64,000 nt of DNA from Octopus vulgaris (Eukaryota), in NCBI GenBank assembly GCA_951406725.2, contig OX597816.1:129208001-129272000 (forward strand), written 5' to 3'. This document shows, in pieces, positions 45,843 to 60,334 of this stretch (the stretch's first letter is position 1; each line of letters opens with the position of its first letter). The notes beneath the pieces are model-generated. The model saw only the letters and a list, made by a program, of their open reading frames with translations. It ran no database searches and was not told the DNA's origin. A program made the translations under genes and the position numbers.

Positions 45843-47071
45843 TTAGGTTGTCACACATGAAATGTCACATTTTTAATTACTTGTTATTTCAGTCATTATG
45901 TATACCCATGCATTTAATCTTGACTCTTTTTCTTTCCAAACAATATTGGTATACAAAATATGCACCCACAGACCTTATGAAAATGATAACAACCAAACAA
46001 TGTTGAGTGATTTTCTTGTATGAGTACAAACTGGGTCTCTCTGCCACAGAAGATCTACGGAATATCAAACAGGCCTTTGGTAATGGTTTTGTTGACATCA
46101 GAACTGTTCAGAGATGGTTCCAAAGATCTCATTCAGGAGATGATAGCCTTGAAAATGAACCAAGGGGGAGGCCAAAATCAGTTACTCAGCATGATGGATT
46201 AAATGCTTTGGCTGAACAAAATCCAAGAACAACAGTCCAAAAACTTTCATCAGAACTCCAAACATCTCGCACAACTGTTTCTCAACACCTGAAAAAAATT
46301 GGAAAAGTTGAGAAAATGGAGAGGTTTGTTCCACATCAACTGAATGAGATTCAAAAAACAGGTGCCTTGAAGTGTGCTCCTTGTTGCTTTTCGACTGGAA
46401 AAAGAACCATTTTTGCATCGAATCATTACTTGTGATAAGAAATGGATACTCTTTGACAACAGCAGAACAGGACAGTGATTAGATGCAGGAGAGCTGCCTA
46501 AACACTACCCAAAACCACCATTGTACCCTAAAAAGTTAGTGATCACTGTATGGTAGTCTGCAAAGGGGGTTATTCATTATTCATTTTTGCAACAAGGAAA
46601 AACAGTAACATCAACATCATATTGTCAGGAAATTGATTGTGTACATGAGAATTTGAAAATGAAGCAACCCAGACTAGTGAATAGAGATGGCCCAATTTTG
46701 CTCCATCACAATGCATGTCCTCACACTTCTCAGGCTATGGTCCAAATGTTGCAAAGCCTGAATTATGAGATTTTACAACATCCTCTCTATTCCCCTGATA
46801 TCTCTTCTACTGATTATCACTTATTTAAGCATTTTGGGCTTTTCATATGCAATAAAACATTCTTAAATAGAGAAGAGGTAATTGAAGCATTCGCATATCC
46901 CAGCAAAAGAAGAAATTGTTTTAAAGATGAAATATATGACTTAGAGAAACGTTGAGTAAAGATCATAAATGAACATGGATCATACTTTGATTAAATAAAT
47001 CAATCCTCTAACACTTCTGAAACATTTTATTGTTACCTTTCAAAAACGACATTTCATATCTGACAACCTAA
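45843..47071 (+). mobile_element. Full-length decayed mariner DNA transposon
   Basis: TIRs ttaggttgtcacacatgaaatgtc / gacatttcatatctgacaacctaa, TA TSDs; transposase remnants FVPHQL, IITCDKKW, HHNACPH, YSPDISSTDYHLF. Confidence 0.92.
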
Positions 47072-47318
47072 TACCTTTCCAATATAGCCACAAGGCCTAA
47101 AATTTGGGGGAAGATAATCAATTATATCAACTCCACTGCTTAACTGGTACTTATTTCATTGGCCCAAAAAGGATGAAAGGTAAAGTCAGCAGAATTTGAA
47201 CCCAGGAAATAAAGACGGATGAAATGTCGCTGAGCATTTTTCCTGGCGTGCCAATGATTCTGCCAGCTCACTGCCTTAGAAGCAGTATTAATTCCTTTAT
47301 ACCAAGAGGTAATATATA

Positions 47319-47539
47319 TCCCACTTAAACGTGGATGTTCTATCAGAACAAACTTTACTGTGGTAGTTACCACGAGAGCAACTCTCATATTGGTGTTTTG
47401 GTGCAAAATGCACTCTTTTTTATATCACTATCACTGCCATTATCACATTTCACAACACAAAGCCAATATGAGAGTTTCTCTTATTGTAACTACCACAATA
47501 GAGTTTGTTCTAATAGAACATCTACATTTTAAGTGGGGA
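47319..47539. mobile_element. Foldback/MITE with ~75-90-bp inverted arms
   Basis: cccacttaaa...ctctcatattgg is the reverse complement of ccaatatgagag...tttaagtggg; TA flanks. Confidence 0.75.
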
Positions 47540-47783
47540 TAGATTTCGAATCAAGTGCTTATTTAGCACTATTTTGTTCTTTTTTATTTTCAAAACTATG
47601 AGCCTGTGATTGATTGTAGCTGACAGGTTTCATGCAGTTTCCATTTATTAAATCCACTCACAAGGCTTTGATTAGCCTGGGGTTATAATAGAAATCACTT
47701 TGCTCAAGGTGTCATTCTGTAAGACTGACTTCAAAACCAAGACTTCTTAACCACACAGCTACCACACATGCACCTAAATGTGC

Positions 47784-47827
47784 TACCATGCTGGGAATCA
47801 AACCCAGGCTGCCTGGGTGATGGCCAG

Positions 47828-47831
<4 letters not shown>
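47784..47831 (-). pseudogene. 3' half of a tRNA-Glu-like sequence (pseudogene or SINE head)
   Basis: attcctgg-ccatcac-ccagg-cagcctgggtttgattcccagcatggta resembles the anticodon and T arms of metazoan tRNA-Glu(TTC); 5' half replaced by (TA)n. Confidence 0.55.
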
Positions 47832-47905
<74 letters not shown>

Positions 47906-48098
47906 AATATAGGATAAAATTTTTCAAAAAAATTCTATCAATGGCCAGCATATTAAAAAATACCTTTAAAGGTTAAATTTATCAACAACTTATAAACAAG
48001 GGCTAAAGAAAAAAATTCTAATGCCAAATATGCCAAAAATAGACAAATCGTCAATGACCATATAATTCATCACTATAAGCACGCGTCTTGAAGTAAGT

Positions 48099-48149
<51 letters not shown>

Positions 48150-48168
48150 CAACACAAATGGGCAGCAT

Positions 48169-48249
48169 TTCACTACAGCTGTTTCAGACATTTTTTTATT
48201 GATGAACAAATCAATCACATCATAAAAAGAAACGTTTTCTTTTGGTGAA
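48169..48249 (-). ncRNA. Degenerate hammerhead motif with long stem II
   Basis: ttcac-CAAAAGA-[long AT-rich hairpin]-GAAAC-AGCT-GTA-gtgaa; palindromic stem III ACAGCTGT. Confidence 0.5.
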
Positions 48250-48435
48250 TTAAAATTAAATAAAATTTATCATTTAGGATTTTTTCACACAAATAATAAA
48301 GAATGCATATTGACTCTTTCATTTTGGTGCCAGTTGAGATATACAGACACACTTTCCTCGACTCCACTTTAGTGTCTTTATTATTAAAATATCTCAAGGC
48401 AGCAAGCTGGCAGAATCATTAGCACGCCAGGTGAA

Positions 48436-49225
<790 letters not shown>

Positions 49226-49256
49226 GTGCATATATGGGTACAGGACGTCACCAACT

Positions 49257-49342
49257 GTACATTATTTACATTATACCCATGGACATATGACGTAGTGGTT
49301 AAGAGCGCAGGCTACTAATCCCAAGATTCCAAGTTTGATTTG
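49257..49342 (+). mobile_element. Truncated third copy of the tRNA-headed HHR SINE (short inverted cap + head)
   Basis: gtacattatttacatta followed by ...tgacgtagtggttaagagcgcaggctactaatcccaagattcc. Confidence 0.75.
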
Positions 49343-49737
49343 AAAAATGTGTATATGTGTATTTGTGTGTATACTTATGTCTTACATATATATGCCTATA
49401 CATGTATATAACTATGTGCATGCATCTGTGTATTTTGATGTCTATATGTATATTATAGATGGTCTAGTATGGCTTTATACTGTTGTAAAATATTTATGTA
49501 ATGCAGCATGAAAATTTTAATTTTAATGTATTAATTGACTTATATTTCGTATATAATTATTTACAATATGTATTTTGAATCTAATCACTGATTTAAGGTT
49601 TTCTTCGCTTTTACAATAGGATGAATTTATGTTAAATCCATTTACTTTGTTCATTGCATAGGGCCAATGGAACAAATCCATTTTTCAAGATGTATCCTTT
49701 AACTAATTTTGATTATATCGTTATTTCGGTTCCATTT

Positions 49738-49792
49738 TAACAAAACTGTCTGATGAACGGGAACGTGAAACTCTGAGTTACAGCTTTTGTTA
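49738..49792 (+). ncRNA. Type I hammerhead ribozyme, intact consensus core
   Basis: taacaaaactgt-CTGATGA-acg(ggaa)cgt-GAAA-ctc(t)gag-TT-acagcttttgtta; 12-bp stem I with one bulge; GUU cleavage triplet. Confidence 0.85.
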
Positions 49793-49904
49793 TATTTCTG
49801 CTGCTTTTAAATAAAGCATATTACTCTACTTCTGGTTTTTGAGTACTCTTTTTTGCACCTTGTTTCACATTTATGTGCTTACTCCGGTATATATATATAT
49901 ATAT

Positions 49905-50083
49905 ATTGCTAGCCACTACACATTCTTTATTTTCTCTCCCTGTTTCTTTCTGTGTTCCTTTTTGTGGAAAAGCGTAGGCTCAAAACATTAAAGACTTTTT
50001 CACTTCCCGAGCATTACACTAATGCATCTGTTTGTTTTCTACACCACCTGCCTTTGTCTTTTGTTTTTTTGTGAATTCTCCCT
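49905..50083 (+). mobile_element. Decayed copy of CUGUNGA HHR repeat between (TA)n tracts
   Basis: cttt-TTGTGGA-aaagc-gtag-gctc-AAAAC-ATT-aaag at 49958-49993; colinear with 28583-28800. Confidence 0.7.
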
Positions 50084-50090
50084 ATATATA

Positions 50091-50160
<70 letters not shown>

Positions 50161-50789
50161 CATATATAGACTGGTGGGTGTATGTGTTTACAAAGGGAAA
50201 AATACTCAATACATAAAGGGGAGTTTGCAGATTTTATGAGAAGCTGATGTTTATTGAATTGTTATTCTTCATTTCATGTTGTTGATTATAGAAATCATCG
50301 TTCTCTCTCTTCTACTCAGCCACTCTTCATCATGCAGTCTTCAAAGAATGGGGACACTGTAGAGTAGTGAAAATCTTTTTAGCCTTGCAGAGCACAAATT
50401 AAACTCAGTTAAACTCCTTAGTGCTGTTGGCTTGATAAAAATGCACTCAGTACACTGTACAAAGCAGTGAATAAAGTGAGAATAAGCAGAATTAATACAG
50501 GAGTCGAGTGGGCTCTTTGATTTGACAGTAAGCATAACAACCTTTCATGTTATGTTTTATGTTGGTGCCATAATAAAATGCACCCTGTACACTTTGCAAA
50601 GTGATTGGTGTTGGGAAGGGCACCCTAGTAATGAAACCTTGCCAAAAGTGGAATGAAAAAGCAAGATAATAGTTCTATGATCATTGCAGATGGGAAGTAA
50701 CTCTGAATTTGAACTGAGACAGGCAGTGAAAATCTAACTCATTCCAGCATGGAAAGCAGATGTAAAACAGTGATGTTGATGACGATGAC

Positions 50790-50828
<39 letters not shown>

Positions 50829-51682
50829 AATGGTGCTGGTAGTGATGGTAATGGCAATGGTGGTAGTGAAAGGGAATAATGGGGTTGGTGATGGCAGTGG
50901 TGGTAGTGGTGGTGGTGGTGGTGGTATTAATAGTCATGGCAGCAATTGTAGTGGTGGCAGTGGCAGTGGCAACTGCAGTAGTTGCAGCAATGCTAGAGGC
51001 AGTGGTGGTGGTACCAGCCCTAGTGGTAGCAGTGGTGGTGGTGGTGGTGGTGGTGGTAGCCCTAGTGGTGGAGATGGTGATAGCTGGTAGAGGTGGCAGT
51101 GGTGGTAGTAATGATATTGGTGTTCAAATGCAACCATAGTCACAGATTACCTATTATGGTGACATTTTTCTATCCAAACTATATCTAATCACCACCATCA
51201 CTGCAAACCTTCCTTCAGATACCCACCAAGAGGCATGATTATAGGGACACTGCTTCAAGTACACCCAAACAATTGGGGCTTGTATACAATTACCATCAAC
51301 GCACTTAAACTCCCAAGGTATGGATCAACCTAATGTTCTGAGAAAAAATGATACGTGCACAAGATGCCACACTGTGGGATTGAACTTGGTACCTTGTGAC
51401 TGGGAAGCAAATTTCTTAACCATTGAGTCAAACACATATTCACACACAAATATATATATATATATACATATAAATACACACTCACATATATAAACATCCT
51501 AGCATTGTATGCATATATATATATATGTGTGTATGTATGTATGTATGTATGTATGTATGTATGTATGTATGTATGTATGTATGCATGTATGTATAGTGTG
51601 TAAAAACTATGTTCTGGTATGCCTGGACAATGCATACATAAGAATAAATTCAAATATGAAAGCACTGCTTCTATTTCATAGT

Positions 51683-51755
<73 letters not shown>

Positions 51756-52981
51756 TATAAAGTTATTACTTCTGAGAGCAGAATGATGCACGTGAAAATA
51801 TTACTGATGTAATGGACACATCAAAATGTCAACCTTGCCATGAAAATTTATACTTTCCCTTCATAAAAACAAAAAAAATCCTTCTTGGACAAAATCAACA
51901 AACATCAGATGTATTCATGGCCAATAAATCCTGATGTGACATGATCTAAAATATAAATATAATTTTATATGTGTACATAGCTTTGATACATTGGTGTATG
52001 CAACAGTAAAGAATCAATAGTTCAATTGTGCATGGCTATGAATTAACTGTGGTTGTTTAGCACCAGGTCAACCCTGATCAAGCAGGTCTATGATCACAAG
52101 TATTTCAGCCATGATCCTTTTATCTCTTGTTTTCAGACAGAGGTAAAACTGCATAGTCCAATATGTCACACTTTAAAAAAAAAATGTAAGGTTATAATTT
52201 GAGGAATATTTGGTTGTTTCTTCTTGTAGGTCAGATGACTTCACATATGCTCCTTCCCTGGATCAGATATTGAACTAATTGGCTCACTACACATACAATG
52301 TTAGGATGTCTGGTTTCTAAGTTCAAAGAAAGACAAGCAAAAAACGAATCTAATGTGAATAAGAGATATCAAGAGAATACAAAATTCCTTGATTCTTGGC
52401 ATTTAAATAGTTGAAGCTCTGAGTTGTATGCTTACCAAAAACACATATTCATTAAGTTGACCATAGTTTGTAAGTATATGTAGGACTCCCCTGTCAAAGA
52501 TGACATAGGAGTGTTCAGCTTTTTTGCTGAACAACCTGCACAAATGATTTGTTTATAGTAATCAAATGTATGCACTATACATTAGCTCATTCCCTCCGTC
52601 AAATCGATGTTGCCTGAACAGGTGCACAGTGTGCCATATGTCGGGTGTCAAGGAGATTACAGAGATGAAGTATTTTGCTCAAGAACACCATGTGCTACCC
52701 TGTCTATGAATTAAAACCACAATCTTGTTATCAAGAGTGCAACACCCTAACCACAAGGCCATGCATTTTCACTATGATGATGATGATGATTGAGGGAATA
52801 AGTTAAATCCAGGTGATTGTCTCAGCTACATTCCATGCAAGAACCTGGCTAGCAAAGTGTTTTGATAGCAGTGTAATTGTTATACCAATAGTTTAATCAA
52901 CAAATGATTGATTATACTTTGGTCAATTATTAAAATAGAACTAATCCAAGGCATGTATAACAAACTAGTATGTTTATGTCA

Positions 52982-53032
<51 letters not shown>

Positions 53033-53235
53033 TGCCAGTTTTGGTGTCACATAAAAGTGCCCATGCCTATGTCACATTAAAATCACCCATTACACTCTCA
53101 GTGTAGTTGGCATTAGGAAGGGCATTCAACCACAGAAACCATGCTAAATCAGACACTGGAGTTTGGTGCAGCCCCTCAGATTACCAGCCCTGGTCAAACT
53201 GTCCAACCGATGATGATGAGGATGATACATTCATA

Positions 53236-53276
<41 letters not shown>

Positions 53277-54094
53277 CATCATCACACACACACACATACA
53301 CACACACACATATATACATCATTGCTGTGGCCAGTGCTAGTGTCATGTAACTGGCACTTGTGTGTACATATGTGTATGTGTGTATCTGTGTGTGCATGTG
53401 TATGTGTATATTAGTGTAACTTAGCAGCTCAGCAAAGAGAAACCAATAGAATAAGAACCAGACATTAAAAACAAATAAGTACCAGAGTCAGTTCATTCAT
53501 TTAAAATTCTTCCAGGTAATGCTCCAGCATGACCACAGTCTAATGACTGAAAAAAAGTAAAAGATAGAAAAAAATTCTTTGAACTTACAAACAAGCCTAA
53601 AAAGTACTCAATAAAGAAGAGGATAAATTAATTATTTATTGTAGTGATCAATAATTGACTAAAATGAACTTTACATTGGAATTGAACCAGCTTACTTCTC
53701 ATATCCATGTAAGTATACTCACCATTACAACAGAAAACAATTTTCTTCCAAACAACTGCAATAAATATACAGTTCTATATCTGCATGCAAAGATCATGGT
53801 TGAATCATGTAAGATTTGTTGGATAACTTAATCCGCAGAGAATAAGGTAAATTACTCATAGTATCTTTAATATTGCAAAATCTGGATTTGTCTGATATTT
53901 GACCCTTAAGAATATGAAACAAATTCTAAATTATAGCCAAGATTTTGTTAATAAAACACAATTAATTGCTATGTATACACACACACACACACACACATAC
54001 ACACATATTTACATGCTATTATTAATTGCTTTATATGTACATCAAGATCTAATTTCAAAAAAATATATGTGTGTGTGTGTGTGTGTGTGTGTAT

Positions 54095-54171
<77 letters not shown>

Positions 54172-54517
54172 AATATGTGTATATGGAAATATATCTATAT
54201 ATAAAGTTTATATGGGGAAATGCTATCCAATAATTCCTGTAGATGTATCAAATGTGTGTGTGTGTGTGTGTGTTTCATGTACAAGGATTTATAATTAAGA
54301 CAGTTTAATGATAAGATAATTAGATTTATCATGATTCATACTCATCCTGCTTTATGCACATGTATCCATCTCAGATGTATGGTGGAGTTCGTGTGTGCAT
54401 GTCAGTATACACATGGCCATAAACATATGCCTATAAATATAGATTAGATATAGATAAAGATATTGATTGTATGTTTATTCGCTTTGAGTTTTATGTATAT
54501 ACATTTCTAAACTACTG

Positions 54518-54551
<34 letters not shown>

Positions 54552-54905
54552 TGTATGCATGTATGGATGGATGGATGGATGGATGGATGGATGGATGGAT
54601 GTATGAATGGATGTATGTATGTGTGTGTAAATATATATGCATATGTGTAAATGTACAAGAGATACATATGTTGTGTAGCCTCACATTAAATACAACAGAA
54701 CTATGATTAAAGGCATTTCAACCATGACCATCATTTCTCTTGTCTCTCTTTAGACATAGTTTTGCTGGGACTATGTTTATTTAATATATCTTCCCATATT
54801 CAAAATGGTAGGATAGGATTTAAGGGATATTTTGTTGCTATTACTAATATTCATGTAAGCACATAAAGGCTCCTTCTTCAGATTTGTTCAAAAATATGAT
54901 GTATA

Positions 54906-56214
54906 CAAGCTGGTATCAAAACATTCCCGGACTAGTTCAGTAGCACACCAACAGATGGCAGCACACTATTGTGTGCACAGTAAAAGCTAGCATTGACCTT
55001 CATAAGGCAGTGTGTTGAGTAACAATGCTGTGTTTACTTTACAAGTTGTGAAATTTGTGTTTTTATAATCATATGTATGCTGTAGTCTGCAATTTTTGTC
55101 ATGGACATGAAGCTGGAACAAAGAGCGAATGTGAAATTTTTGTGTTAAACTTGGGAAGTCTGCTGCAAAGACATTAAGCATGCCTCAGCATGCTTACAGC
55201 AATGAGGCAATGGGTTGTATGCAATGTTTCGAATGACACAAGCACTTTGAAACTGGAAGAACATCCGTGGAAGAGCAATCTGGAAGATCTGCCACAAGCA
55301 TCACCCCCAGAAATGTGGAGAAAATTCATCAGTTTGTGCATGATGATCATTGGAGGACAATCAGTAGCATTACTGATGTTTTTGGTCTGTCATATGGATC
55401 TGTACAAGCAATCCTAACGTCTAAGTTGAGCATGCAGTGTGTCTCTGCCAACTTTGTCTCCCACCTGCTGACCACTGAGCAGAAAGAACATCTTGTCAAA
55501 GTCTGTCAAGATTTCCGTCAGTGTGCTGCTGATGACCCATCTTCCATGTCAAAGATCATCACTAGTGACAAGAGGTGGATCTATGGGTATAACCCTGAGA
55601 TGAAGCAGCAGTCATCACAATGGAAGAGCCTTTCATCTCCATGACCAAAGAAAGTACGACAGAGCTGCAGCTTAATCAAGATCATGCTTGTTGCTTTTTT
55701 GACATCCACGGTATTGTGCATCAAGAATTCATCCCGCAGGGCCAGACCATCAATCAAGAGTCCTACTGTGACGTTTCAACTGTTTGAGATAGGACATTCA
55801 GCAAAAACAACCGGATTTGTGGAGCATGAGGAATTGGTTTCTTCACAACAACAATGCACCCTGTCACCAAGCTCTCCTCACTCATAACTTTCTCATCAGA
55901 AACATAGTATCATTTCCGCACCAACCCTTTCCAATAGATTTAGCACTTACAGACATCCACCTCTTCCCCAAGATGAAAATGTAGGTCAGAGTTCGCTGTT
56001 TTAACACTGTTGTCAAGATCAAGAGCAAATCACAGATCCTTAACTTGCTTCCAGAAAACAATTTCCAGGCCAGATTCCAAAAGTGGCAGGAACACTGGGA
56101 CCAGTGTACTGCTATGCAAAGTGGCTATTTCAAAGGAGATAATGTTAAAACTTAGATAAATAAGTTATTTTTTATTAAACATAACTAGTTTAGGGACTTT
56201 TTGATACCACCTCA
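54906..56214 (+). mobile_element. Full-length decayed mariner DNA transposon (second family)
   Basis: TIRs caagctggtatcaaaacattcccggactagtt / aactagtttagggactttttgataccacctca, TA TSDs; EQRANVKF, FVSHLLT, IITSDKRWIYGYNPEMKQQSSQW, DLALTDIHLFPKMK. Confidence 0.9.
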
Positions 56215-56367
56215 TAGTTCCAAATAGTATGAGAACTGGTTGGAGAAAGTTCAGGAAGCTACTAACACTGCTAACAACATATATATATTTTATTATTTCA
56301 CAACTATGTTCCATGCACACATGCATCAATTCATATTTTATAAATTTTTATAATTTATAAACTATAT

Positions 56368-56494
<127 letters not shown>

Positions 56495-57062
56495 CACATA
56501 CATGATAGTTTCTCATTTCTTATATTGAAAGTATATTCATTCAGTATGCATGTATGTTCTTTAATAGATGTTCAATAAGCATTACTTTTAGAATGTTTGC
56601 TAGTAAAAATAGACGAGAGAAACGTATCAGGATGTAAAGTAAATGTACGGCAAAGAAATAAAAGAAAGTACAGTAAAAAAAGATAGAAAGAAAAACACAA
56701 GGAGAAAATGTAGAGAGAAGTGAAAAGATGAAAAGTTGACAGTTGGTGTCTGATGGATGATTTGTGGTGTCAGCAATGTGTTGTTAAATTCGGTGCAGAC
56801 TTGCATGCAAGGTCACATTACATGTAGATGTGATCCAGTACAGTCATTCTCATATGGCTGGTGTGCATGTAGTACAGCTTTTGGCTTGCATTCGAATCCA
56901 CAAATGTTGCACTGTGTATTTAAGCAGTATGTTTGGTTCTTGATTTATGGAAACACACTGTGCTATAATGGAATCGGAGATGCAGTAAATCTTCCTCTTT
57001 CAGTTTCTGAAGATCTGTGTATTATATACTATGGGTATATACTATGTATTATACATATATAT

Positions 57063-57109
<47 letters not shown>

Positions 57110-57221
57110 GAGAGAGAGAGAGAGAGAGAGATGGAGGGAGGCAGGCAGAAAGAGACTTATACATATACAGATAGATAGGTACTTAGATGCAGATATATAT
57201 ATATATATGTGTGTACATATA

Positions 57222-57265
<44 letters not shown>

Positions 57266-57919
57266 AGCACACTCACACAAAGACACATACATATAAACAT
57301 CATCATCATTTTTTTTTGTTTGCTTTAGCCATGTGGCTGCAGTCCTGCTGGAACACCATCATATATATATGTGTGTGTGTGTGTGTGTTTATGTATGCTT
57401 GTGTGTGTATGTGTGTGTGTATGTATGTATGTGTGTGTGTATGCATGTGAGTGTGTGAGTGTGTGTTCTTACTCTGTTAACATTATGTACCACATAAAAA
57501 CAGTGCTACTGTATAGATGGTGTTGTTGTTTACATCTGCAACAAAAACATGTCCACCATTGAAGGTTCAACTATGAAAAAAACAGACAAAATAATACCTT
57601 GCTTAGAAACAAGTGAGGGTGAGTGATGGGAAGGACACCTGATTGTAAAACATTGCTTCAAAAAGTCTTGTTTAACCTATGCTATCTTGGAAAAGTAAAC
57701 GTTAAAATATAAGGAAAATATGTGTGTGTGTCTGTGTCTGTGTGTCTGTGTGTCTGTGTGTGCGTGTGTGACTTTACAGACACACACATGCACATATAAA
57801 TATATTTATAAGGAAAAGTTTATAACTGCTCTGAAGTTTGGGCTTTGTTGCATGTTTAACACCAAAACCTCAAAATAACTATCAATATTTTTCTTTGGAA
57901 AAAGAGTATGTTGCTTTAC

Positions 57920-58760
57920 TAAAAGATTTTGAGTGACAACATGGAGAGGAGCATCCTGCTACATGGTCAATTGCTGGTCTCCCATATTAGCTGCTCAAAT
58001 TTGCATCCTGGAGAGGACATAGCAGTACTGTCTCATTGTGATGCTACAACACAGAAAACAGCAGCTCAAATTGGCATGGAGCTTGGTGCCAGAAAAGATC
58101 ACAATCTCAATGAACAGCTATACTTCACCCTAAATCAGGTAAACACCAGCCAATTCAGTGCTGTCCTGTCACAATCCATATGTTTCATTGGATGCAGAGG
58201 GCTTAGGGAGACAAGTAGCATGAATTGCATGAAGTAAATATAATGCACAAATCATAACAAGTAAACAAAAGAACAAACCAGCTTTCATGTTAGTGTGCTT
58301 GAAAGTACACACCATGATCTCTGGACCTGCTGAAGATCAATGACATAAGAAGCACAGTTGTGGATAACAAAGAACTGTTAAAATTACAAGTGTACATTGC
58401 AAACCTTCAAGAGACATTTATTATAGAATCAGAACTATATGTGGGAAACAGTGTATCTTTTACTGGTTGGAGACGTACATGGATGAAACTAGAGAGTATA
58501 GTGTTGGCTTTGTTGGAAGGAATTCACTGCTGAAGATGGTGGTTCCCTGAGCAGATTTAGTCATTTCAACACATACATTTGATGAGCCTATCAACCTTGT
58601 CATGTTTCAACCTTCTACACTTCACAAGATACAATGGAAAATTGTATGGCACTTTTTATTCTGACAATAATGCCTGAGCCAACGTTGGTGGCAAGCTATA
58701 TCAGTCCAAATTGGCAGCCTTTCCCTAGAATAACATCAGTGGCATAAAGATGGGAGATGT
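57920..58760 (+). mobile_element. Decayed RTE 5' fragment (UTR + APE start)
   Basis: INDIRSTVVDNKELLKLQVYIANLQET...REYSVGFVGRNSLLKMV resembles the RTE APE N-terminus. Confidence 0.6.
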
Positions 58761-60252
58761 ACATGCAACTTCCGATCTTCATTAAAGATTCTTGGTCATA
58801 GATGTGCAGGTGAATGGTCAGCTTTAACTGATGGAGTCCCTACCCAGTCTTAATTTGAGTACACGAAATAAGTATTTTCTTAGATTTTTAATTCAAATAA
58901 TGTCAAATTAAATTTCAGTTGTATCCATCATTTTACTACAGAAATACAAATGTTAATACTAAAAATCTTCAACAGTTTCATACAGCCTATTCTTCGAGTT
59001 TGTGCATTTGTTTCAACCACCATAAAATGCCCATTAAATAATTTATGTCTTTTGAAATTGATTGTATATTGTGAAGCTATTATTACCTCTTCTTAACAGA
59101 GAATCCTTTCAAGTTATGATATTGTCAACATCAATGTGCTTTCAGAAATCCATAAAGCTCTTTGAGCAAATATTCTTTAAGAAATAACAATATCAGAAAC
59201 CATAAAATTATTTGAACATTGGTTATGACCATTGTATAAAATGAATATATTGTTCCATTTGAATTCTATTTTAAATATCTGTATAATGCTAATATATTTT
59301 CGTATAGGTAAATCAAAATATTGGCTGATATATCTTAAAATGCCAAGTGGTTGGATATCAGAATCTTATACTATTATACTGATACTTGTTCCATACAAAT
59401 CATGAATTTTCTTTTGTTAAGATGCATTGCACTTTTAATGTGTTTGTTATTATCAGTCAGAGTTTTTTATCAAAATATTTCAAAATGCCCAGCAAGTTGA
59501 AAGCCAAACAACCTTGTATAATACTGTTACATGCTCCAATGAAATCACTGAACTTAGGAAGGCTAACAGAAATGTAATTAATATGCTGGAGAGGGAAGCA
59601 GAAAATGATTCATCATCAATATGATAGAGGTATGTGACAGAAAGACCAAAGCTGGAAGCAAAGAACAAACCTTCAGAGAGCTGTAGAACAAAATAGTTGC
59701 TGCATGGTTGGAGTGGTGACAGTTACATCTGGCTTGGCATGGTTAACAAGAAGGGAAAAAAAAACATGTTACAGTATAAGCTAAAACAACTCAGATATTC
59801 CCAGATAGTGCCAGTTCAGTTTAGGCACCAATGGGGAAAATGAAACTACTTGAAATGTGCCAAATTTGCTATGATCTCCAGTTAAAAACTGATCAGAAGA
59901 GTACTATCCTACAAAAGAAGCTGAGTGTAATGTGAGCATGCACACACATGCATGTGTATGTGTGTGTATGTGCATATAAGTGTGTATGTATGTGTCTGTC
60001 AGTTTGTCTGTCTCCTTGTTTTGACATTGCCCTGCTGTTGTAAATAAGTGCCATCATCACACAGGTGGTATTGTTAATTTCCAGTCTTTTGTAAAAACAC
60101 TCAGCCTAGAGGGGAATATTATCCGGCTTGGAAATAAGTGAAGGTTAGTGACAGGAAGGGTATCCAGCCATAAAAAGTCAACCACAATGAACTCCATCCA
60201 ATCTGGGCAACTATGGAAAAATGGATGATAAAATGATGATCAGGACAATGAT

Positions 60253-60317
<65 letters not shown>

Positions 60318-60334
60318 TTGTAGAATAAACACTA

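Noticed and set aside
52298-52413. Short ORF MLGCLVSKFKERQ... as a host exon
   Set aside because: 38 codons, no homology recognised, adjacent to repeat sequence.
59480-59930. Possible transposase remnant
   Set aside because: No catalytic motif or TIR could be identified.
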